Positions 15,001 to 25,400 of a stretch of DNA of 64,000 nt are shown here, one piece after another (position 1 is the stretch's first letter; each line of letters begins with the position of its first letter). The stretch spans positions 28,274,001 to 28,338,000 of the forward strand of contig NC_086097.1 in assembly GCF_963921235.1 (NCBI RefSeq), given 5' to 3'. Under the pieces are notes generated by a model, which did no database searches, was not told where the DNA came from, and worked only from the letters and a program-made list of their open reading frames with translations. The position numbers were made by a program, and so were the translations under genes. This stretch comes from Mobula hypostoma. Lineage: Eukaryota.

Positions 15001-15703
15001 CATCTCCAACCTCCACCCGTCTCCAACCTACTCCCGTCTCCAACCTCCTCCCAGCTCCAACCCTCCTCCCAGCTCCAACCCTCCTCCCAGCTCCAAACCT
15101 TCTCCCCTCCAACCCTCCTCCCATCTCCAACCCTCCTCCCATCTCCAACCCTCCTCCCATCTCCAACCCTCCTCCCATCTCCAACTCTCCTCTCATCTCC
15201 AACCCTCCTCCCAGCTCCAACCCTCCTCCCCTCCAACCCTCCTCCCATCTCCAACCTCCTCCCCTCCAGCCTTCATCCCCTCCAACCCTCCTCCCATCTC
15301 CAACACTCCTCCCATCTCCAACACTCCTTCCGTCTCCAACACTCCTCCTATCTCCAACACTCCTCCCATCTCCAACCCTTCTCCCATCTCTAACCCTCCT
15401 CCCAGCTCCAACCCTCCTCCCCTTCAACCCTCCTCCCATCTCCAACCCTCCTCCTCTCCACTCTGCTCCCCCAACCCTCCTCCCATCTCCAACCGTCCTC
15501 CCCTCCAACCTTCACCCCCTCCGACCCTCCTCCCCTCCAACCCTGCTCCCGTCTCCATCCTCCTCCCATCTCCAACCCTCCTCCCGTCACCAACCTCGTC
15601 CCGTCTCCAACCTCCTCCCAGCTCCAACCCTCCTCCCAGCTCCAACTCTCCTCCTCTCCACTCTCCTCCCCTCCAACCCTCCTCCCATCTCCAAACCTCC
15701 TCC
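1..15703. repeat. Large C/T-rich satellite, 18-bp basic unit (CCATCTCCAACCCTCCTC) with variant units and kb-scale higher-order duplications; open at the left window edge
   Basis: Unit repeated continuously; + strand nearly G-free. Near-identical ORF translations recur at fixed offsets (2204, 1404, 1422, 2854 bp). The array degenerates towards its right end. Confidence 0.97.
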
Positions 15704-16094
15704 TTTCTGGGACTTCCCGCTCTGGTCTTCTGTCTGCTCGGGATCTTTTCATTATTAACTGATGACGAGACATCAACCATCTCAACCTTACCACTCCCTC
15801 TCCAATTCTAACCTCACTCCTTCCAAATGCTCTGTTCCCCACTTTCTGCACTAATCCTAACCACTAATCAAACCCGTAGATATTGCTGGACGCTCTAGTA
15901 GTCTGACGGACTGACCACTATCTCACTGAGGCCAGGTGACAACTCTAAAACACCTCCTCTTACTTATCCCTCAAATAGGACCCCACTAAGAGCATCAGGC
16001 CATTGTCACCTGCACCATCACTAACATTAAGTCTGGGGATCTCCCATCCACTAGCATCAACTTCATAGTTCCCACAACCCGCACCTCCCATTTC

Positions 16095-16250
16095 TGACTT
16101 ACCTTTTCTTCTCCAGTCCTGCGGAAGGGTTTCAGCCAGGAACACTGTACTCTTTTCCATAGATGCTGCCTGGCCTGCTGAGTTCCTCCAGCATTTTGTG
16201 TGTGTGTGCGTGTTACTTTAAACTCCAGCATCTACAGATTTTCTCATTTG
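16095..16250 (+). mobile_element. Penelope-like element 3' end fragment with degenerate hammerhead
   Basis: ccagtcctgcggaagggtttcagcc...gatgctgcctggcctgctgagttcctccagcattttgtgtgtgt matches the other PLE tails in the window. Confidence 0.75.
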
Positions 16251-16504
16251 AGAATACAAGTGACAATGCAATGACAGTAAAACAAGTCCTGTTCCTCCTG
16301 TTCCTGCATGTACAGATAAGACTCCAAACTTAAGATCTTTATGCTTGTTCATTGATTGTGGCACAGAAGTGCCATTCAGCCCATTTGGATTCATACTGGC
16401 CTGCAGCTGAGCAATCCCATCACTCCTTTTCCCTCCTCCTTATTTTTTTGTACCCTTACAACTTCTGTTCTCTCTCATTCTCTCTGACTTGTTTTTGACT
16501 CTTC

Positions 16505-16830
16505 TGTTACTTAGCTAAGGATTAACTTACAGTGCCATTCAACTTGCTGGCATGTGGGATACCCATCGGAGCTAGAACATCCATCAGAAACTACAGCACC
16601 CATTGAAGACCAGAGCACCCACTGGAAACCACACCATCCACTGGAAAACACGTCACCCATCAGAAACCAGAACGCCCATTGGAAATCACAGCACCGATCG
16701 GAAATCAGAGCACTCATTAGAGACCTATGCAGATTAAGGGAGATGATGCAGACTCCAGTGAGACAGCACCAGAGATCGGGAGTGAACTCTGCAGATGTAA
16801 GCCAGGAGCTCTACCGGCTGTACCACCCTG
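16505..16830 (-). mobile_element. Degenerate tRNA-derived V-domain SINE with internal ~19-bp tandem expansion (16560-16725)
   Basis: Flanks resemble the minus-strand SINEs at 32850 and 34690; internal units of the form acccatcggaaaccagagc. Confidence 0.55.
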
Positions 16831-16958
16831 CTGCTCTGTCAGGTGATTATACCAGATCCCGTGTAACCGCTGCCCCAGCTGATACCTACCCTCCATCAGC
16901 AAACAGACATTGTCCCATTGCAGGCTGTGAGAGTCCTTGGCCCAGCCCGAGTGCTTAC

Positions 16959-17059
16959 TTGCTGTGCAGAGCTGTGGGACTTGCTTCAACGCACGTGGAA
17001 GGCCCTACATCCAGGGGTGAGGTGCTGCCAGAGCTCAGCCGAGCACAGCTCCAGCACCT
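16959..17059 (-). other. Candidate 101-bp exon (probably non-coding) of an unidentified minus-strand transcript
   Basis: Minus strand reads cttgactttgttttccAG|...101 nt...|GTAAGC in apparently non-repetitive sequence. Confidence 0.3.
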
Positions 17060-17360
17060 CTGGAAAACAAAGTCAAGATGTACAAGCGGGGAATTTAACA
17101 GCGGCCGCATATTAAATAGAGGGAATTTTACGGAAGCAGGGTTTGGGGAGAGGGGGTGGTGGCTGGTGGGGAAAATACCACTAATAACATTAGGATACTT
17201 GATCGTTTTTGGTGAAATCCTGGAGCTGTGACTGTTTTTTATTTAGGTATTTGTGAAACTCCTCCTCGCTCAACCCATTGTCCCAGCAACCCTGCTGTAG
17301 CCTCCCGCCAATTCACAGCTCCTCAGTCTCTCTCCAGCACTCGTTTGAGCATTGTACCCG

Positions 17361-17568
17361 AAACAATACAGTATAACAACTTACATTGTATTTGGTATTA
17401 TAAGTAATCTAGAGATGATTTAAAGTATACGGGAGGATGTGCGTAGGTTATATGCAAATATTATGCCACTTTATATAAGGGACCTGAGCATCCGCGGATT
17501 TTGGTATCCGCGGGGGGGGGGTGGGGGTGTCCTGGAACCAATCCCCCGCGGATACCGAGGGACGACTG
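17361..17568 (-). mobile_element. Tigger/pogo-family (MER2-like) DNA transposon end
   Basis: Ends ...ggaaccaatcccccgcggataccgagggacgactg followed by TA. The reverse complement matches my recollection of the MER2 5' half (cagtcgtccctcggtatcc...). Only one TIR seen. Confidence 0.75.
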
Positions 17569-19444
17569 TACACAAGTGTGAGCATTTTTCCGCTCTTTCC
17601 AATGGGTACCATTGGATTCCAGGTAGGAGCTATATTAAGCAAGGAATGAACATCGAAATCTAAGGTTAAAAGTCGAAAATAATGAAAGAAAAATTTACTG
17701 CTCGCTTATCTTTGGCCTGATTTTGATGAAATATTCAAGGGAATCATCCAAAATCCTCTTCTATACCTGGATAAAGTGAATTTAATGTTTTTTTTTTACA
17801 AGCCAAATGGAAAAAAAATTTCTAGGCTATAAGCTAGTTTTACGTCATTTCAACTATCATTAATGGCGGATCAACCCCTTGGCTGAGCTCCACCAACTAT
17901 AGTTGATTGGAAAGAGGCTCTTTTTCTCTTTGTGTTGATAGGAAAAAGAGTAATTTAGTGAGGCAATGAACAAGACGAAACGCATTTCCAAACCTCCCAA
18001 ATGATTGCTCTCCTCCCCTGTTAACATTTGTCACTTCCAAAATATGGTATTTTTTTATTTGCATAGATGCGATAATAATTTGTGTAAAGATTCAAGCTTC
18101 TTTAACTTTTTATATATTTAAAGACTAAACAGGATCTGTATTGGTCTAACCATGTAATACCCGACGTGTGAGGATATTGTGAGTATCAACACTCACAGGT
18201 ACACTTCCTGTCCAACCATTTCTGCGAGAGTAACAGTACAAGGCAGAGTTGCCAACCTACCGCTTTTGATACTAATATTCAGCAATATTCGTGGCTTTAG
18301 CAATAGCTCATTAGACGTTCTTGTTTCATACTTGATTATTTGGTTCCAATTTAGGTGGCTAGAAGTGTAAAAAGCTTATTTGCTTTATTTCTGTTATTTT
18401 TATACCCGCTTAGGAACACCGCTAAGCACTGCGGGCCCTGCTGTCTGCTCTGACTCAGTCGTATTTCCGTGAATTGCTCGCTAATGCAAAAGTAAATTTT
18501 TCTCACTAACTATGGCTTCTAAGCAAACAATGTTAACTTCTTTCTTTCGTAAACAAGCTGAGGAGTGTAACAAGAATAACGTACAAGAGACTGATAACAG
18601 TAAAAGTGACAAGAGCTGTGTTTCTCCCGCTTCTAGTTCAAATTTTCTCACCGGGTCCAAATGCAGTTCTGAAAGTAATGGTCCTTCGAAGTCAGGCTTG
18701 TATCCCTGTTCAGGTGTTTGGACTGAAGAAATGTGGAAGAAAAAGAAGGAAACTTATCCCTGGTTAGACTTCAAGGATGATAAACTTGGGTATAAAGTAC
18801 GTACAACTTCAAACAAAAGCAGTCTGACACTTTTCACTGCTAAGGGTTTGAGGCTGTCAAATGAACAGCAGATGTACCATGTATCCTATTATGGAGCCAA
18901 TTGAAGTACACGCTTGAAGTCTCTCAGAAAAAAAATTGTTTATCACAAACTATCAAAAGCTCACACTGCTGCTCTAAGTGTTGAAAGTATAGCTAGTGAA
19001 GATGCTGTTGGAAAATTATGTGACACCATGAATGCTTCGCATCTGAAGGCAACTTGTTCAATTTTTTGTTCTGCATATTATTCAGCTCAGAATGACAGAC
19101 CATACTCTGATCACTTTGGCTTATTGGAACTTCAAAAAACTAATGGTATTGACATTGGAATTGGACTGCATTCCCACACTAGTGCTACAGAGATAATTAA
19201 TCACATAGCCATTAATATGAAAAAGAAAATTTGCCAGCATATCAAGCAGATAAATGGCAAATTTTCTGTTCTCATTGACGAATCAACAAGCCTGAACATT
19301 AAGACCACCCTAATAGTTTATCTGAAATGTGAAAGTGATAAGGAAGATGATCCCCATTTTATGTTTTTAGATCTAATTGAACTGCCTGATCAGAAAGCTG
19401 CAACTATTGCTAAGCATCTATTGAACTGTCTCAATAACCATGGG

Positions 19445-20031
19445 AAAGCAGGATCTCCCAGTGGCCACACATTTTAATTCCACATTCCATTCCCATTCTG
19501 ACATGTCTATCCATGGCCTCCTCTACTGTAAAGATGAAGCCACACTCAGGTTGGAGGAACAACACCTTATATTCGATCTGGGTAGCCTCCAACCTGATGG
19601 CATTAACATTGACTTCTCTAACTTCTGCTAATGCCCCACCTCCCCCTCGTACCCCATCTGTTATTTATTTATATACACACATTCTTTCTCTCTCTCTCCT
19701 TTTTCTCCCTCTGTCCCTCTGACTATACCCCTTGCCCATCCTCTGGGTTTTTCCCCCCCTTCCCCTTTTCCTTCTCCCCGGACCTCCTGTCCCATGATCC
19801 TCTCGTATCCCTTTTGCCTATCACCTGTCCAGCTCCTGGCTCCATCTCTCCCCCTCCTGTCTTCTCCTATCATTTTGGATCTCCCCCTCCCCCTCCCACT
19901 TTCAAATCTCTTCCTAGCTCTTCCTTCAGTTAGTCTTGACGAAGAGTCTCGGCCCGAAACGTCAACTGTACGTCTTCCTAGAGATGCTGCCTGGCCTGCT
20001 GCGTTCACCAGCAACTTTGATGTGTGTTGCT
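19445..20031 (+). mobile_element. 5'-truncated Penelope-like element (GIY-YIG C-terminus plus pLTR with mutated hammerhead), inserted into the hAT ORF
   Basis: DLPVATHFNS...LEEQHLIF.LGSLQPDGINIDF; 8-bp TSD ACCATGGG at 19437-19444 and 20032-20039; hammerhead at 19932-19967 with core UUGACGA. Confidence 0.88.
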
Positions 20032-20055
20032 ACCATGGGTTTGATGACTCTTTTA

Positions 20056-20969
20056 GGCTATATCCACACTAGACCGGATAATTTTGAAAACGCCGGTTTC
20101 GAGTAAAGATGACAGGCATCCACACTAGGCGTTTTTCAAAATATCTCTGTCCACATTAAAACAGATGTTTGGGCGAATCTACTCCTACTGGGCATGCGCA
20201 GACACATCTACAGAAAACAAGAGAAGAGGAAACGGTATAATATTTACATTTCCGCAGTGTTGTGCTATTTCCATTGGTCCATAACTAGAGTACCAACAAC
20301 AACAGCAAAAGAAAGTTTTCAACAATGTCTTTGAGGAATACAAAGAAAACCTCCACTGGAAAAAGCAGACCAGACTTCTTTGTTTAGACTGACAATGAAG
20401 TTGAGCTGTTTCTGTGAGTTACAAATGACTACAAAGTCAGCAAAGCAGTGGAGAACGTGGAGAACTCCAAACAAGCTATTAACGTAGACAATAAAGTAAA
20501 CAACACACTCATGAAGCCGTCCTCGACCCAAGATCAACAAGAGAGTGGAATCTTCTGCCGCCAGACCTGTGCAGTATTTCTGACATTAATATTCTTAAAG
20601 ATAGACTCAATCAAATCAATTTAGGGGATCTAGTCAAAAAAGCTCACGTTACAATTTAACTCTCACGCCATTCACACCGACTGCGTGTTATAATGACCGT
20701 CCGGCAGTGCTTGCGCAGTACCAAGCAGAAGCAGAAAAAACTTTGTTGTTGTGGCGTTGTCATGACAGCGTTTTTAAATACTGTATCTCTATTTACCCCG
20801 TCTACACTGCAACGCACAACAATCATTTTTAAATGTACACACCCTGGAGAGTGTTTTAGAAAAGCTCCATTTTTGGGGGATGAAAACGCCAGTTCAATGT
20901 GGACGGAAGGTTAAAACAAAGAGAAAAAGCTTCGTTTTCAAAATTATCTGGCGTAGCGTAGACATAGCC
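20056..20969 (+). mobile_element. Non-autonomous PIF/Harbinger-like DNA transposon with Myb/SANT-like gene remnant
   Basis: ~37-bp TIRs (ggctatatccacactagaccggataattttgaaaacg / cgttttcaaaattatctggcgtagcgtagacatagcc); TTA on the left, right TSD not intact; 20325-20462 reads MSLRNTKK...FFV*TDNEVELFL*VTNDYK. Confidence 0.75.
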
Positions 20970-22459
20970 AAACAGAACCTTGTAGCATTTGCTTGTGATG
21001 GGGTGAGCATAATGCTTGGTGTCAAATCTGGTGTTGCTACAATTCTCAAGGAACATTACCCTGATGTAATAATTTGGCACTGTTTTAATCACAGGTTAGG
21101 ACTTGCAGTAGGTGATTTGGTGAGAAAAGTTCATGGAATAAATCATTTTCAATCATTTATGGACAAATTGTACTCTGTTTACAGTAGATCACCTCTAAAT
21201 CAAAAGGAACTGTCTGAATGTGGCTCTCAACTAGAACAACAAATTTGCAAAATAGGCCATGTTCTGGGCACCAGGTGGGTAGCTAGCTCATTTCAAACAG
21301 TTTCAGCAGTGTGGCAAAATTATGAAGCACTGTGTTTTCATTTTGAAAAAGCAATGAAGGATGAAACAAGATCTGGGAGTAACAGAAAAACCTATGAAGG
21401 CCTGTTGAAAAGACTCTCTTCAGAACAGTTTCTATTGGACTTAGCTCTAATGTATGACACGTTGCATGAACTTGGTTTACTGTCAGAGTGTTTACAGAAA
21501 CACACTACTACCATTTATTTATGCAGACAAACTGATCCAATGGAGCGTAAGGTCACTGCATGGACTGAAACAGCAACCTGGTACAAAAACTCTAGAAGCT
21601 CAAGAGACAGTTGAAAAGGGGAAGTTTGGAGAAATTACCTTAACAAGCAACAACAAAATTGTCTCCATTAATTACCTACAGTTTCTTACTAGCCTTATAA
21701 ACAATTTGCTGCACCGTATGTTCACGGCAACATCCTTGAAAGGTTCTCAAACTTCTAAACCTCAAAGTATGTATAAATCCCTCAAAATGAAACGTGTGTT
21801 CTTGATAAAGATAACCGGCCTGCTGAAATTCTGCCTAACTATGGAGAAGCTGCAATATCATCTCTCTGTAAGAGGTTTAAGCTTTCTTCTTCCTGTGTAA
21901 TAAATGCCTTCAGAGATTATGTGGAGGATCCCCCAAGATTTACGCCCATTACTGAGCTGTTCACAAGTTATTCCTATTAGTACTGCTGAGTGTGAGAGAC
22001 GATTCAGTCACATGAACTTGATAATAACAACAACACGCTCAAGAATTCTCATAGATCATGTATCAGTACTTATGTTTGTTAAACTACACAGACCTCTATT
22101 TCAGTGGAATCCTGAGCCGTATGTCACAACATGGCTGCGGTACCACAGATCAGCAGATGACACCAGGCCAAGAGTCGCTTCAGACTCCCGGACATATATT
22201 ACGCCTGACCCTTTGTGGAAATTATTGTGAAACTTCTCATTGGTGGCATTTGGTAAGTAGGTAATTACTCTTAAATTGGTAAAATACATGATTACCATCT
22301 TTTTCTTTACTTGCTTGATAATTATATTTTATGATAATTAGTGAGTGCAACTCTGCAATACTTTGTCATATCATTAAATTAAGTATTATATATTTTATTG
22401 TACCAGTTATACACTGAAATGTAGTGATAGGCTATGATCTTGTTAATGTCTTTACCACT

Positions 22460-25400
22460 ATATGGCTTTGCTTCAACGGGCTTAGGCGGAAACGGGCGAG
22501 ACAAAGTAGGTTTGGTTTTCGATTTTCCCTGTTATTTGAGGAAAGGGGGAAGTATGAGTGTGAGGGCAGCTTGCTGTTCTCGGTGACAGATGTGGGAGGT
22601 CCTAGAGTCTCCTAGCTTCCCGGACGTCCACATCTGCGCCAGGTGCGCCGAGCTGCAGATCCTAAGGGACGGTGTTAGGGAACTGGAGCTGCAACTCAAT
22701 GACTTTCGTCTGGTCAGGGAAAGTGAGGAGATGATAGAGAGGAGTTACAGGCAGGTGGTCACACTGGGGCCGTGGGAGGCAGACAAGTGGGTCACAATTA
22801 GGAGGGGGAAGGGGAAGTGTCAGGTACTAGAGAGTACCCCAGTGGCTGTGCCCCTTGACAATAAGTACTCCTGTTTGAGTACTGTTGTGGGGGGACAGTT
22901 TACCTGGGGAAAGCAACAGTGGCCGTGCCTCCGGCACAGAGTTCGGCCCTGTGGCTCAGAAGGATAGGGAATGGAAGAGGAGGGCAGTAGTAATAGGGGA
23001 CTCGATAGTAAGGGGGTCAGATAGGTGATTCTGTGGATGCAGTCCAGAGACCCGGATGGTAGTTTGCCTCCCTGGTGCCAGGGTCCGGGATGTTTCTGAT
23101 CACATCCAAGATATCCTGAAGTAGGAGGGTGAAGAGCCAGAGGTCGTGGTACATATAGGTACCAATGACATAGGCAGGAAAAGGGAAGTGGTCCTGAAAG
23201 GAGAATATAGGGAGTTAGGAAGCGAGTTGACAAGAAGGACCGCAAAGGTAGTAATCTCGAGATTACTGCCTGTGCCACGTGTCAGTGAGTATAGGAATAG
23301 AGTGAGGTGGAGGATAAATGCGTAGCTGAGGGATTGGAGCAGGAGGCAGGGATTCAGATTTCTGGATCATTGGGACCTCTTTTGGTGCTGGTGTGACCTG
23401 TACAAAAAGGACAGGTTGCACTTGAATCCTAGGGGGACCAATATCCTGGCGGGGAGATTTGCGAGGGCTACTGGGGAGACTTTAAACTAGAATGGTTAGT
23501 GGGTGGGAATCAAATTGAAGAGACTAGGAGAAAGGAGGTTAGTTCACAAATAGAGAAAGCTAGTAGACAGTGTGTGAGGGAGGATATGCAGGGACCAGAG
23601 ATCAGGAGCACTCAGACCGAAGATGTAGGGGAGAAGGAAGAAAAAGATAACAAAGTTGTTTGTGCCATTAGGGATAAACAGAGAGTAAGAGGTGGAGAAT
23701 TTCTTAAATGCATCTATTTTAATGCTAGGAACATTGTAAGAAAGGTGGATGAGCTTAGAGCATGGATTGATACTTGGAAATATGATGTTGTAACTATTAG
23801 TGAAACATTGTTGCAGGAGGGGTGTGATTGGCAACTAAATATTCCAGGATTTCATTGCTTTAGGTGTGATAGAATCGGAGGGGCAAGAGGGGGAGGTGTT
23901 GCATTGCTTGTCAGAGAAAATGTTACAGCAGTGCTTTGGCAGGATAGATTAAAGGACTCGTCTAGGGAGGCTATTTGGGTGGAACTGAGGAATGGGAAAG
24001 GTGTAGTAATGCTTATAGGGGTGTATTATAGACCACCTAATAGGGAGCAAGAATTGGAGGAGCAAATTTGTAAGGAGATAGCAGATATTTGTAGTAAGCA
24101 CAAGGTTGTGATTGTGGGAGATTTTAATTTTCCACGCATAGACTGGGAAACCCATTCTGTTAAAGGGCTGGATGGTTTGGAGTTTGTAAAATGTGTGCAA
24201 GATAGTTTTTTGCAGCAATACATAAAGGTACCAACTAGAGAAGGGGCAGTGTTGGATCTCCTGTTAGGGAATGAGATAGGTCAGGTGACGGAAGTATGTG
24301 TTGGGGAGCACTTCAGGTCCAGTAATCATAATGCCATTAGTTTCAATATAATTATGGAGAAGGATAGGTCTGGACCCAGGGTTGAGATTTTTGATTGGAG
24401 AAGGCTAATTTTGAGGAGATGCGAAAGGATTTAGAAGGCGTGGATTGGGACGATTTGTTTTATGGGAAGGATGTAATAGAGAAATGGAGGTCATTTAAAG
24501 GTGAAATTTTGAGGGTACAGAATCTTTATGTTCCTGTTAGGTTGAAAGGAAAGGTTAAAAGTTTGAGAAAGCCATGGTTTTCAATGGATATTGGAAACTT
24601 TGTTTGGAAAAAGAGAGATATCTACAATAAATATAGGCAGCTTGGAGTAAATGAGGTGCTCGAGGAATATAAAGAATGTAAGGAAATAAAAGGAAATATA
24701 AGGAAATTAGAAAAGCTAAAAGAAGATATGAGGTTGCTTTGGCAAGGAAGGTGAAAGTAAATCCAAAGGATTTCTGCAGTTATATTAATAGCAAAAAGAT
24801 AGTGAGGGATAAAATTGGTCCCTTAGAGAATCAGAGTGGACGGCTAAGTGCGGAGCCAAAAGAGATGCGGGAGATTTTGAACATTTTTTTTTCTTCGATA
24901 TTCACTAAGGAGAAGGATATTGAATTGTGTAAGGTAAGGGAAACAAGTAGGGTAGTTATGAAAACTATGATGATTAAAGAAGAAGAAGTACTGGCGCTTT
25001 TAAGGAATATAAAAGTGGATAAGTCTCTGGGTCCTGACAGGATATTCCCTGGGACCTTGAGGGAAGTTAGTGTTGAAATAGCAGGGACTCTGACAGAAAT
25101 ATTTCAAATGTCATTAGGAATGGGGATGGTGCTGGAGGATTGGCGTATTGCTCATGTGGTTCCATTGTTTAAAAAGGGATCTAAGAGTAAACTTAGCAAT
25201 TATCGGCCTGTAACTTTGACGTCAGTGGTGGGTAAATTAACGGAAAGTATTCTTAGAGATGGTATATATAATTATCTGGATAGACAGGGTCTGATTAGGA
25301 AGAGTCAACATGGATTTGTGCATGGAAGGTCATGTTTGACAAGTCTTATTGAATTTTTTGAAGAGGTTACTAGGAAAGTTGATGAGGGTAAAGCGGTGGA

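Larger units (their letters stand above)
18512..22230 (+). pseudogene. Disrupted hAT-superfamily transposase, KIAA1586/ZNF862-like
   Basis: Fragments 18512-18904, 18914-19444, 20970-21614, 21454-21900, 21904-22230 contain FSVLIDES, LVAFACDG..MLG.KSGV, WHCFNHRL, TRW and the hATC dimerization motif IPISTAECERRFSHMN. Has stops, frameshifts and two nested insertions. Confidence 0.88.

Noticed and set aside
1..15703. Telomeric array or CRISPR array
   Set aside because: TAACCC occurs only as isolated variants, never in tandem; there are no unique spacers and the context is eukaryotic.
16554..17231. 225-aa ORF
   Set aside because: Runs through a SINE-derived tandem repeat; no recognisable domain.
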